From positions 1 to 64,000 of the forward strand of contig CAVSLV010000004.1 of NCBI GenBank assembly GCA_963728915.1: a stretch of DNA of 64,000 nt, in the 5' to 3' direction. Below are positions 8,843-18,385 of the stretch, in pieces. The stretch comes from an uncultured Gemmatimonadales bacterium (GTDB lineage: Bacteria > Gemmatimonadota > Gemmatimonadetes > Gemmatimonadales > GWC2-71-9). A program made the position numbers and the translations under genes. How positions within the stretch are numbered: position 1 is the first letter of the stretch; each line of letters starts with the position of its first letter. The notes under the pieces were generated by a model that saw only the letters and a program-made list of their open reading frames with translations, did no database searches and was not told the origin of the DNA.

Positions 8843-10666
8843 ATGTCTTTCCGGTTCCTGCGTCCCGCGGCCCTCGCCCTCGGCGTGATCTGGTTGACGC
8901 CCTCGCAGCTCCCGGCGCAGCAGGTCTCGATCGAGGCACAGCTCAAGGGATTCGATCAATACATGGCGCAGGTCTTCAAGGATTGGAACGTGCCAGGGAT
9001 GGGAGTGGGGATCGTGGTGAAGGACAAGCTGGTCTTTGCCAAGGGCTATGGCTATCGCGATTACGACAAGAAGCTTCCCTACACCCCGACCACCCTCCAA
9101 CCGATCGCGTCCAACACCAAGCTGTTCACCGCCACCGCCGCGGGACTCCTGGTTTCGGAGGGGAAGCTCGACTGGGACAAGCCGGTGCGGCAGTTCGTGC
9201 CCAGCATCCAGTTCTACAACGACGAGCTGAATCAGACCGTGACGATCCGGGACATGCTCTCGCACCGCACCGGGATCACCCGGCACGACCTGATCTGGTA
9301 CAAATCCGACTTCAGCCCGAAGGAGCTGTTCGAGCGGCTCAAGTACCTGGAGCCCTCCCAGGCGATCCGGACCACGTTCCTGTACAACAACATGATGTAC
9401 GCCGGGGCCGGGTACGCGATCGAGCTATTGAGCGGCAAGCCCTGGGACGCCTTCGTGCGGGAACGGATTCTCGGTCCGCTGGGCATGACCAGCACGGTGT
9501 TCACCATCGAGGATCTGGAGGCCAGCCCTGACCATGGGGTTCCCTACACCGAGCGCCGGGAAGGGACCAAGCTCGACCCGATCCCCTATTACCGGGAGCA
9601 ATCGGGCGTCGCCCCCGCGGGCGCCATCGTCTCCAACGTGGTGGATCTGTCGAAGTGGCTGATCGCCCAGATGAACGGCGGCACGGTGAACGGGAAGCAG
9701 GTGATTCCGGCCGACGTGATCCAGCAGACCCTGGCGCCTTCGATCGCGTTGCCTAACACGGGACTTCTGGTCCGGGGCTACGGCGAGCTGCTCAACTCGG
9801 CCTACGGGATGGGGCGGTGGACCGCGTCCTACCGGGGCCATCTGCTGGCCTATCACGGCGGCGACATCAACGGGTTCCACTCCCAGATTTCCATGATGCC
9901 GTACGATTCGATCGGCGTGATCGTGCTGGTGATCGGCGATCACGCCGCCCCGCTCTACAACGTGGTCTCCTACAACATCTACGAGCGCCTCCTCGGGATG
10001 TCGCTCACCCCGTGGAGCGAGCGGCTCAACACCATCCGGCTCAAGAACAAGGAGACCGATCAGCAGGCCCGCGCCAAGGCGGGCGCCGACCGGGTCGCGG
10101 GGACCCATCCGTCCCATTCCCTCGACGCCTACCTGGGCGAGTACGCCCATCCGGCCTACGGCGTGGTCTCGATCGGCAAGGGAGACTCGGCGGGGACGCT
10201 GCGATTCGAGTTTCACAAGATCACGCTTCCCCTTACCCACTTCCACTACGACCGCTTCGACACCCCGGACGACGAGGAGAACGGCAAGTGGTCGGTGAAT
10301 TTCATCACGAACCCCCAGGGGGAAGTGGACCAGCTGGAGATGTCCCTGGATGAGGCGGCGGTGAGCTTTACCCGGCGGGTACCGGCGGAGCTGACCAGCG
10401 AAGCGACTCTGCGCCAGTACCTCGGGACCTATACCACGCCGAATGGGGGCAAGTTCCAGGTGGTGATCCGGCCCGGCGGGACGCTGGCGATCCAGAACGC
10501 CTCCGGCACCTTCCAGGATCTGATCGCGTGGCAGCCGCGACGGTTCCGGATCAAGGAGTTCGCCGACGTGATCTTCGAGTTCGTGGTGGTGGACGGCCGG
10601 GTGACCGGGCTCAAGCAGACCGATCCGAGCGGCGAGTACCGGTTCACCCGGCAGCAGGCACCCTAA
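8843..10666 (+). CDS. Secreted serine hydrolase (beta-lactamase/PBP fold) with DUF3471-like C-terminal domains
   Basis: Signal peptide, SNTK (SxxK), LSHRTG, YNN, HGG motifs. Confidence 0.9.
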   Translation: MSFRFLRPAALALGVIWLTPSQLPAQQVSIEAQLKGFDQYMAQVFKDWNVPGMGVGIVVKDKLVFAKGYGYRDYDKKLPYTPTTLQPIASNTKLFTATAAGLLVSEGKLDWDKPVRQFVPSIQFYNDELNQTVTIRDMLSHRTGITRHDLIWYKSDFSPKELFERLKYLEPSQAIRTTFLYNNMMYAGAGYAIELLSGKPWDAFVRERILGPLGMTSTVFTIEDLEASPDHGVPYTERREGTKLDPIPYYREQSGVAPAGAIVSNVVDLSKWLIAQMNGGTVNGKQVIPADVIQQTLAPSIALPNTGLLVRGYGELLNSAYGMGRWTASYRGHLLAYHGGDINGFHSQISMMPYDSIGVIVLVIGDHAAPLYNVVSYNIYERLLGMSLTPWSERLNTIRLKNKETDQQARAKAGADRVAGTHPSHSLDAYLGEYAHPAYGVVSIGKGDSAGTLRFEFHKITLPLTHFHYDRFDTPDDEENGKWSVNFITNPQGEVDQLEMSLDEAAVSFTRRVPAELTSEATLRQYLGTYTTPNGGKFQVVIRPGGTLAIQNASGTFQDLIAWQPRRFRIKEFADVIFEFVVVDGRVTGLKQTDPSGEYRFTRQQAP

Positions 10667-10738
10667 CCCGGCTTCCTGTCCACCAGGACCAGGCAGAGGG
10701 TGGCCAGCGGTCCGAGGAGAAGCGAGAGGAGAAACCAG

Positions 10739-11743
10739 ATGAGCCCGCTGCGATTCTTGCCCTGGGCGAGGCCCGCGTTGATGAGGGCGAGGGTGCCCCA
10801 GCCCGCGAACCAGCCCCGTCCGATTCCGACCAACATATTGCGCTTCCTTTCCGTTGGTGTCCTTCTGGTATCGCCGGCCGCCGCGCAGGCTCAGCCGGCC
10901 GATTCGACCCGCGTCGTCGTCCTCGGGACCGGTACTCCGAACCCCGATCCGGATCGCTCCGGCCCCTCGCTCGCCATCGTTGCGAATGGGACCGCCTACC
11001 TCGTCGATGCCGGTGCCGGAGTGGGTCGCCGGGCCGCATCCGCCGCGGCGGAGGGCTTTCCCGCGCTCCGGCCCCAGCGTCTCGACATCGTGTTTCTGAC
11101 CCACCTGCATTCCGATCATACGATCGGACTGCCCGATCTGATTCACACCGGTTGGGTCATGGGCCGGGCGGTGCCCCTCCGGATCTTCGGTCCTCCCGGA
11201 ACCCGGGCCATGGCCGAGCACCTGACGGCGGCCTACCAGGCCGACATCACCAATCGCACCACGGGATTACAGCCCCACACCGAGAACGGCTGGAAGCTGG
11301 AGGTCCAGGAGGTGAAGGCGGGGGTCGTATATAAGGACAGCGCCGTCACGGTCACCGCGCTGCCGGTCCATCATGACGGGTGGCCGGCGGGGACCTCGTT
11401 CGGCTACCGGTTCGAAACCCGGGACCGGGTCATCGTGATCTCAGGCGATGGGACCCCATCCGAATCGATCGTCACCGCCTGCAATGGTTGTGATGTGCTG
11501 TTCCACGAAGTGTATTCCCAGAAGGGCTTCGACGCGCGCACGCCCGACTGGCAGCGTTATCACGCCGACGCCCACACCTCGCCGAGCGGGCTCGCCGCGC
11601 TGGCCCGGCGGGCGAAGCCGAAGCTCCTGGTGCTGTACCATCAGCTCTTCATGGGAGCGAGCGACGACGACCTGATCGCGGAGATCCGGGCGGCGGGTTA
11701 TGCAGGGCCCGTGGTGTCGGCCCGCGACCTGGGGATCTACTGA
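10739..11743 (+). CDS. Secreted MBL-fold metallohydrolase (RNase Z/arylsulfatase AtsA-like); start uncertain
   Basis: LGTGTP, THLHSDH, SGD, HE, AHT, LYH motifs. Confidence 0.88.
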   Translation: MSPLRFLPWARPALMRARVPQPANQPRPIPTNILRFLSVGVLLVSPAAAQAQPADSTRVVVLGTGTPNPDPDRSGPSLAIVANGTAYLVDAGAGVGRRAASAAAEGFPALRPQRLDIVFLTHLHSDHTIGLPDLIHTGWVMGRAVPLRIFGPPGTRAMAEHLTAAYQADITNRTTGLQPHTENGWKLEVQEVKAGVVYKDSAVTVTALPVHHDGWPAGTSFGYRFETRDRVIVISGDGTPSESIVTACNGCDVLFHEVYSQKGFDARTPDWQRYHADAHTSPSGLAALARRAKPKLLVLYHQLFMGASDDDLIAEIRAAGYAGPVVSARDLGIY

Positions 11744-11744
11744 A

Positions 11745-13095
11745 TCAGCCGGCTTTCGATTCCCGGCTCGCCGCTTCCGACAGGTCCTGGCGTCCGAAGG
11801 CGATCCCGATTCCCTCGAGAAACTCCCGCGGCGGGGTACCGCCCGCGAAGATCCATACGTAATCCACCGTCACTTCGCGGGTCTCCTCGCCGATCCGGAG
11901 CACCACGGCGTCCGGCCTGATCTCGACCGGCTGGGAGCTCATGATGGCGCGCACCTTCCCGGCGGCGAGCGCCTCGCCCAGCCGCTTTTCATTCCGATCC
12001 TTGAGCCGGGTAAACTCATCCCGGCGGTAGGAAATCGTGACGAAGTTCCCCGGCTGGAGCGCGAGTCCCATGGCGGCTTCGACCGCGCTGTCGCCTCCGC
12101 CGATGACCAGGATTCGTTTGTCGCGGTAGGCCTCGGCATCGAGCAGGCTGTACATCACGTGGGGAAGCTCCTCGCCCGGGACGCCGAGCTTCCGGGGCGT
12201 GCCCCGGCGGCCGATGGCCATCACCACGCTGTGCCCCCGATAATCCCCCTTCACGCTCCGAACCACGAAGCGGCCGGCTTCATCCATCTTCACTGCTTCG
12301 ACCTTCTCGCGCGTCCGGACTTCCAGGCCGGCTTTGGTCGCAGCGGTCTTCCAGGTCGTCAGCAAGTCCTCCTTGCTGATCTCGAGCTTGGTGAACTTGC
12401 CGAGGACCGGAAGCTCCACCGGGCTCGTCATCACGAGTTTCTGCCGGGGGTAATTGGCCACGGTCCCGCCGAACTCCTCGGCTTCGAGGCAGAAATAGCT
12501 CAGGCCTTTCTCCTTGGCGCGGAGCGCCGCGGAGAGCCCGGCGGGGCCCGCGCCGATGATGATGACGTCTGCGGCGGGGCCGGTCACGGGGCGCCGGGTT
12601 CGGAGCGACGGCAGCCGTGCCGCGATGCGGTCCACGGAGTCCCGGCCCTGATTCACCGCGTTCTTGATGAGGGCGAGCCCGGAGAGCTCGCCCGCGATGA
12701 ACAGATTGGGAATGCTGGATTCGTACTCGGCTGAAAGCGTGGGCAGGTCGCCCGGTCATGGAAGGCGAAGCCATCACGATTTCGATCGCGCCCACCGGGC
12801 ACGCTTCGGCGCAGAGACCGTGGCCGATGCACTTCTGACCGTTGACCAGCGCGGCCTTCCCGCCCAGGACCTGGAGCACATCGCCCTCGGGACAGGCGGT
12901 GACGCAGCCGCCGCAGCCGATGCACCAGTCGGTATCGATGTGGGGATGCTGGGCGAGGGGTCCGGTGGCCGGCTTGAGGCCGGCCCTCCGGGCAGCCTCC
13001 ACCGCGGAATGTTCCCGGCGCCGGTGCCGCTGAAACTGCACCAGGACGGAGAGCGCGAGTATCGCTCCGAAGACGATGTAGATGATCACACCCAA
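11745..13095 (-). CDS. Membrane-anchored 4Fe-4S ferredoxin fused to a FAD/NAD(P)H thioredoxin-reductase-like oxidoreductase; one gene of ~449 aa split by a 1-nt insertion
   Basis: N-terminal TM helix; CIGCGGCVTACP and CIGHGLCAEACP. Deleting one base of CCC 12751-12753 joins the frames as TGDLPTLSAEYESSIPNLFIAGELSGLALIKNAVNQGR, followed by GAGPAG and GGGDSA motifs. Confidence 0.88.
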
Positions 13096-13151
13096 GGGAC
13101 CGGACCTCCGGAACGCATGAAGAACCCTTGCGGGAACCTCTTCATGCTACG

Positions 13152-13167
13152 CGCACAGTTTGTGCCT
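13152..13167 (-). promoter_or_regulatory. Candidate sigma54 (-24/-12) promoter
   Basis: AGGCAC-AAACT-GTGCG fits GG-N10-GC, ~57 nt upstream of the oxidoreductase start. Confidence 0.4.
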
Positions 13168-13196
13168 CGGGAGGGGATATTTTGCACGCCGGTCTC

Positions 13197-14111
13197 ATGA
13201 CGCCTGTAGCCGCTGTTGCCAGCACAACCGTCCGCCGCGCTGCCCGGCGCCGCAGCCGGAGATCGCCCTGGTGGGTCGCGGTGCCGATCCTCGGCATTCT
13301 CGCGGCCACGCTGACCTGGTCCCGCTATTACTTCGCCCCTCCGGCTTCCCGGGTACGCAGCCCGTTGCACCCGTGGCTCCGGCCCTCTGGATACCTGGGG
13401 CAAACTGCCGGGATACTGGCGCTTCTCATTTTTCTGTTCCTGTGGCTCTATCCGCTTCGCAAGAAGGCCCGCTGGCTGGCGTGGACCGGAGCCGTCTCGC
13501 GCTGGCTCGACGTGCACGTGACGCTCGCCTTGATGCTCCCGTTTCTCGCCGCCCTGCATGCCAGCTGGCGCTTCGACGGACTGATCGGGCTCGGGTTCTG
13601 GTCGATGATGGTGGTGTGGGCGAGCGGAATCGTGGGGCGCTATCTCTACGTGCATATCCCGCGTGGCGCGGCCGGTCTCGAGCTCACCGCCGACGAAATT
13701 GCGGTGGAACGGCATCAGCTCCTGCTCGACGTGGCGACTGCTGCCCGGCTGCCGTTGCCGCAGGTGGAGTCGCTGCTCCGGACCGACCCGACCCCGACCG
13801 AAGGCCTGGGCGTGTTAGGGACGCTGCGGCAGATGGTCCGGGACGAGCGGAACCGTTGGCGTCAGCTCGGCGGCCTCCGCCGGGCCGCCGCGCGGACCGG
13901 GAGCCAGCTCGACCGCGCCGCCCTCCGTCGCATCATGCGGCTGGCCCGCCGGCAGGTCACTCTTACCCAGCAGGCCCGACTGCTCACCGCCACCCGCCGG
14001 GTTTTCCGGCTCTGGCACCTGGCGCACCGCCCCTTCGCGATTGCCGCCCTGGTCGCGGTGCTGGCCCACGTTGCGGTGGTGGTCGCGATGGGCATGACCT
14101 GGCTGTGGTAA
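13197..14111 (+). CDS. Polytopic inner-membrane protein with His-bearing helices (ferric-reductase/cytochrome b-like)
   Basis: About 5 TM segments; WLDVHV, AALHAS, GRYLYVHIP, LWHLAHRPF, LAHV. Confidence 0.8.
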   Translation: MTPVAAVASTTVRRAARRRSRRSPWWVAVPILGILAATLTWSRYYFAPPASRVRSPLHPWLRPSGYLGQTAGILALLIFLFLWLYPLRKKARWLAWTGAVSRWLDVHVTLALMLPFLAALHASWRFDGLIGLGFWSMMVVWASGIVGRYLYVHIPRGAAGLELTADEIAVERHQLLLDVATAARLPLPQVESLLRTDPTPTEGLGVLGTLRQMVRDERNRWRQLGGLRRAAARTGSQLDRAALRRIMRLARRQVTLTQQARLLTATRRVFRLWHLAHRPFAIAALVAVLAHVAVVVAMGMTWLW

Positions 14112-16114
14112 GAGGCGGACCGGCGGACCGGCGGACCGGCGGGCGGTGGATCCTGCTCCTGGTCCTGCTCGTCTGTCCGGCCGCGGTCCGGGCGCAAGTT
14201 TCACCGGGGCCGCTGGCGCGAGCTCACAAAGCCCTCGAAGGCCCCCTGAATTGCACCAAGTGCCACGCCGGCGGCAGTGTGACGATGGAGCAGCGGTGCA
14301 CCGCCTGTCACGGCGACATCGGATGGCTCGCGCAACGGGAACGGGGCATTCACGGCAGCGCGGCGGCCCGGGGCGCCAAGTGCGCGAGCTGTCACCCCGA
14401 TCACGCCGGAGAGAACTTCGCCCTGATCCAGTGGCCTGACGGGAGCAAGGAGCGATTCGACCACCGGAAGGCCGGATGGGCGCTGGAGCGATCGCACGCC
14501 ACCCGGGAGTGCGCCGACTGCCACACCCCGGCGAACCGGGTTTCGCCTGCGGCGCAGCTCGCTCCGGGTGGCCGCTCGAGCTGGACCGGCCTGGAGCAGA
14601 GCTGTGCGAGCTGTCACGAGGACATCCACCGCGGCGCGTTAGGGTCGCGCTGCCAGACCTGCCATGATGCCGGGAAGTGGACCATCACGCCCGGATTCAG
14701 TCACGACACCACCAGCTATCCGCTGACCGGGCGGCACACCCAGGTGAGCTGCGCGGCCTGTCACGCATCCGCGAAGCTCCCCCTGAAGCGGGATGCGGCC
14801 GGGCATCCGATTCCGGTCTACCAGCCGGTCCCCCACGCGAGCTGTGTGAGCTGCCACGAGGACGTCCACAAAGGGTCCTTCGGCGCGACCTGCACCACCT
14901 GCCACACGACCCGGAGCTTTCAGGAGATCAGCGGCGGCGGCTTCGATCACAGCCGCACCTCCTTCCCGCTGAAAGGGCGGCACGCCGCGGTGGCCTGCGG
15001 CCAGTGTCATCGCGATTTCACCAGCGAGCGGGGCAGGCACCCCGTCGCGAGGAGCTGCGGCTCGTGCCACGCGCCCGATCCGCACGCCGGCACGGCGACC
15101 ATCCAGGGCAAGCCCGCCGACTGCGCCGCGTGTCACGACGAACGGGGCTTTACCCCCGCGACGTTTTCGCTGGAGCGGCACCGGGCGGCGGCCTACCCTC
15201 TCGAGGGGAAGCATGCCTCGGTGCCCTGCGCTTCATGCCATCGCAAGGAAGCGCCCGCTTCCGCCGCGCGGCTCGGCAGCGCCCGCGTGTTAATGCGGCC
15301 GGTGTTCGCGGCCTGTACCTCATGTCACGCCGACGCTCATGGCGGCCAGCTCAGCCAGCGGCCCGGCAAAGGGGAATGCGCCGAGTGTCATGCGGTGGCG
15401 GGATGGACTCCCAGCCGATTCGGGAAGAGCGACCATGCGAAGCTGGGATTTCCGCTCGAGGGGCGGCATGGCGAAGTCGGCTGCGGAAGCTGTCACGCCG
15501 AGCGGAAGGGGCTGCCGGTGCTCAAGAGCGGCGGAGCCTCGGGGACGGCGGGCTTCCGGTTTGCGGGAATCGAACGGCGCTGCTCGGAGTGTCACGTGGA
15601 TCCCCATCAGGGCAGGTACTCCGATGCGCGTTGTACCGAGTGTCACGCTCTCACGGGATTCCGCCCGGTGGAGGTGAGCGCCGAACGCCATGGCCGGTTC
15701 GGGTTCACGCTTCAGGGGGCCCACCTCGCGACACCCTGCTTCGGCTGCCACAAGGAGCTCGCCAGCGCGCCGCGGCTCGCCACCACGCTGGTCGCGACGG
15801 CCGGCCCGGTCACTCCGCTGCGCCTCGCGGTGGATTCCACCTGTGCGACCTGCCACCAGTCGGTGCACGGTGACCAGTTCGCCGCCCGGCCCGACCAGGG
15901 TCGCTGCGACGCGTGTCATGGGGAGAACAGCTTCAAGCCGGCGAGCCGGTTCGATCACGATCGGGACGCGAGCTTCGCGCTCGGGAAGGGCCACGCCCCG
16001 CTCGCCTGCTCGGCGTGTCATAGGAGGGTCCGAGATGCCGGAGGGCTCGAGCGGGTGATCTACCGGCCGCTCTCCGGCAAATGCGAGAGCTGTCACAAGA
16101 ACAGGCCGGGTTAG
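14105..16114 (+). CDS. Exported multiheme cytochrome c with 23 CxxCH motifs
   Basis: GTG14105 overlaps the upstream stop; signal peptide ending AVRA-Q; 23 CxxCH counted, with recurring F.H....PL.G.H spacers. Confidence 0.93.
   Translation: MVRGGPADRRTGGRWILLLVLLVCPAAVRAQVSPGPLARAHKALEGPLNCTKCHAGGSVTMEQRCTACHGDIGWLAQRERGIHGSAAARGAKCASCHPDHAGENFALIQWPDGSKERFDHRKAGWALERSHATRECADCHTPANRVSPAAQLAPGGRSSWTGLEQSCASCHEDIHRGALGSRCQTCHDAGKWTITPGFSHDTTSYPLTGRHTQVSCAACHASAKLPLKRDAAGHPIPVYQPVPHASCVSCHEDVHKGSFGATCTTCHTTRSFQEISGGGFDHSRTSFPLKGRHAAVACGQCHRDFTSERGRHPVARSCGSCHAPDPHAGTATIQGKPADCAACHDERGFTPATFSLERHRAAAYPLEGKHASVPCASCHRKEAPASAARLGSARVLMRPVFAACTSCHADAHGGQLSQRPGKGECAECHAVAGWTPSRFGKSDHAKLGFPLEGRHGEVGCGSCHAERKGLPVLKSGGASGTAGFRFAGIERRCSECHVDPHQGRYSDARCTECHALTGFRPVEVSAERHGRFGFTLQGAHLATPCFGCHKELASAPRLATTLVATAGPVTPLRLAVDSTCATCHQSVHGDQFAARPDQGRCDACHGENSFKPASRFDHDRDASFALGKGHAPLACSACHRRVRDAGGLERVIYRPLSGKCESCHKNRPG
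14114..14142 (+). repeat. 8-bp tandem repeat (GGCGGACC)x3 plus a partial copy
   Basis: Units at 14114, 14122 and 14130, then GGCGG; lies in the signal-peptide n-region of the 23-heme cytochrome. Confidence 0.85.
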
Positions 16115-16782
16115 GCCGAGCCCTTCCCCCCGGTCGCGGCCCGCTTGACCTCGTCCAGCATGGACTGGTGCTCCAGGTACTCGGGTTTCCGGGTGGCCCA
16201 CTCGGCATCGTAGTGTTTCAGAAACTCGCGATACGCGGCATCCCTCGCTCCGTCGTCCTTTTTCCACCGCGCCACCGCCGCCGCGATCACGTAGCTGAAC
16301 AGATGGGCCGGGTTGGAGGCGCGAATGGAATCGGCCTGGGCCTGGGCCGCGTTCATGTCGCCCACGTGCAGCTCGAGCATGGCGAGGTGATAGCGGGCGT
16401 CCACCGTAACGGTGTCGAGCATGCCGAACGCCGCCACCGCCATCGGCATGAATTGAGTGACGGTCGCCTGATCCCCCGATTGCGCCGCGGTGATGATCCG
16501 CTGATACAGCCGGTTGAAGCGCTCCGCGGGCGTCATGTTGCTGATGTCGGGAGGCGTCCCCGGCTGGGCGGCCGGCGGGCCGGTATTCTCGGCGGCCGGT
16601 GGTGGGGAGCCCCGCCTGGCAACCAGCAGGACCAGCACCAGGCCCAGGGCGCCGGTCAGGACCCACGGAGCGTAGCGAAATAGACCCTGGGAGGGAGCGC
16701 CGAGCGGGGCGCCGCAAGCAGCACAGAAGCGACTTCCCTCCGCCACCGGCTGCGCACAGCGGGGACAGACTGCTTGGGTCAT
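16111..16782 (-). CDS. Zinc-ribbon + TM + helical (TPR-like) protein
   Basis: CPRC...FCAACG, one TM helix, Pro-rich linker, helical periplasmic domain; last gene of the cytochrome-porin operon. Confidence 0.8.
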   Translation of the reverse strand: MTQAVCPRCAQPVAEGSRFCAACGAPLGAPSQGLFRYAPWVLTGALGLVLVLLVARRGSPPPAAENTGPPAAQPGTPPDISNMTPAERFNRLYQRIITAAQSGDQATVTQFMPMAVAAFGMLDTVTVDARYHLAMLELHVGDMNAAQAQADSIRASNPAHLFSYVIAAAVARWKKDDGARDAAYREFLKHYDAEWATRKPEYLEHQSMLDEVKRAATGGKGSA

Positions 16783-16795
16783 GGTGGTCTCGATT

Positions 16796-18385
16796 CTAGA
16801 AGCGGTAGCTCAGACCACCATACAGGAGGTCGGTCGTTGGCGTCAAGCCGTTTCGCCCCCACTCCCGGGTGAAGGTGATCAGGAGGAACCAGGACCGCTG
16901 CACGAAGATTTCGGTCGAGAGGCCAGCCCAGAACCGGTCCTGATCCGGATCGGCCGACTCGGTTCGGCGACCGGTTTCGACCTCGAGCGCACCGAGCGAA
17001 GCCGGCGCGAAACGCAGGGCCCCTGAGAGAAGGGTGCCCGGCCCGCGAGCGGGGACCTCGTACCGGGTTCCCCGGAAGCGCAGCCCGATGCCGGCGCTGG
17101 TGAGCCGATCCACGCTTGCGGTGACGGAGTATGCGGTGGTGGTGAGTGAGTCGGATCCCGACACCCGGTTGGTTCGCACGTCGCCTCCCAGCCGGACCTT
17201 TCTGGCCAGGGTCAGGTTCGCTCCGCCCCAGATCCCCTGGCGGAAGCGGTCGTCGAACAACTCCTCAGGAGTGGTCAGGTCGCGATAGAGGCGGACGTTC
17301 CGGCGGCTGTCGAATCCGCCGTTGAGTGAGAGTCCGCTGGTCGGCGTCACGCTGAGGGAAGCAAAGGTGCTGGTGAGGCTGAACCGTGGCTCGCCGGCCG
17401 CGACTTTCCAGCCCCGGTTGATGTCCACTTCCTGAAGGACGATCGCCGAGATATCGCGAGTGCCCACCGTCCCCTGGAGGAAACCGAATTCACGATTCAC
17501 CTGGCCGGCGACATACGAGCCCATGCCGCCGACGGTGAGGCCCCAGCGAAGCGGAGCGCCGACCCGATTGTGGGTCTGGACGAAGAAACCGGCCTGTTTG
17601 AGATCGGTGGAGATGGCGAGGGAGCCCTGGTCGGGCGCCACCCCGGCCATGAGACCGGCGCCCCAGACCGGTTTTTGGAGATCGAGCAGCACACCATCGT
17701 AGAGGCCGACGCCGGCGAGGACCGGTGCATACTGGCGCCCCAGAATTGCACGGAACGCGCCGCCCGGCTGGATCCGGACTGCCGCTTGATAGACCCCCAT
17801 GACACCGCTGGTGGCGGTCTCGGCGCCGGGCCGGTAGATGCTGGTCCGTCTGGAGCGAATATCCAGATTCACAGCGACCGCAGAGCCGGGTGCGATCGGC
17901 CCGTCGAGCAGCAGCTCGAGTCCGGGTTGTTTCGTCGCGATGTCATTGCCGCGCTCCCAGGAGCCGAGATACCGGAGCCCGATCCGTCCGCGGAGCGGAG
18001 CTCCCCTGGGGCGCCTGGATCCCGGGGTCGCCGGGCCGGCCAGGGTCCGAGTGACTTCGATCACGGCGCGGAAGACGACGGTGTCGCCCACCGAGGGAAG
18101 CGGGGCGAGGGAATCCCCCCGGGCGGCAGCGGATTTCGAGGCAAGGTACCGCACTGTGTACACCGCCATGTCGCCGAGGCGGGGAATCCGGAGGACGGTG
18201 CCCTCCCGGAGACCGTTCTCCCGCCCGGCGCCCACGTAAACGGTCCCCATGGTGACGGCGGTCACCACCGCCATGGCGGTCGAGTCGGAGCGCGCCTGGG
18301 CGTGGCCGGTCAGGGGCAGCGCCGTCCCGGCGAGCAGCGCAACCGGGATCCACCGAAGCGGGTTAGGAGCCACGGTGGCACCCAT
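16796..18385 (-). CDS. Putative outer-membrane beta-barrel (porin) with a small N-terminal domain
   Basis: Signal peptide, amphipathic alternating beta-strand pattern, C-terminal GGLSYRF (BAM-type signal); overlaps the 34-heme gene. Confidence 0.8.
   Translation of the reverse strand: MGATVAPNPLRWIPVALLAGTALPLTGHAQARSDSTAMAVVTAVTMGTVYVGAGRENGLREGTVLRIPRLGDMAVYTVRYLASKSAAARGDSLAPLPSVGDTVVFRAVIEVTRTLAGPATPGSRRPRGAPLRGRIGLRYLGSWERGNDIATKQPGLELLLDGPIAPGSAVAVNLDIRSRRTSIYRPGAETATSGVMGVYQAAVRIQPGGAFRAILGRQYAPVLAGVGLYDGVLLDLQKPVWGAGLMAGVAPDQGSLAISTDLKQAGFFVQTHNRVGAPLRWGLTVGGMGSYVAGQVNREFGFLQGTVGTRDISAIVLQEVDINRGWKVAAGEPRFSLTSTFASLSVTPTSGLSLNGGFDSRRNVRLYRDLTTPEELFDDRFRQGIWGGANLTLARKVRLGGDVRTNRVSGSDSLTTTAYSVTASVDRLTSAGIGLRFRGTRYEVPARGPGTLLSGALRFAPASLGALEVETGRRTESADPDQDRFWAGLSTEIFVQRSWFLLITFTREWGRNGLTPTTDLLYGGLSYRF

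Noticed and set aside
13160..14104. N-terminal ~315 aa of the 984-aa ORF as part of the cytochrome
   Set aside because: It overlaps the membrane protein gene in another frame and is low-complexity; the signal peptide begins near 14105.
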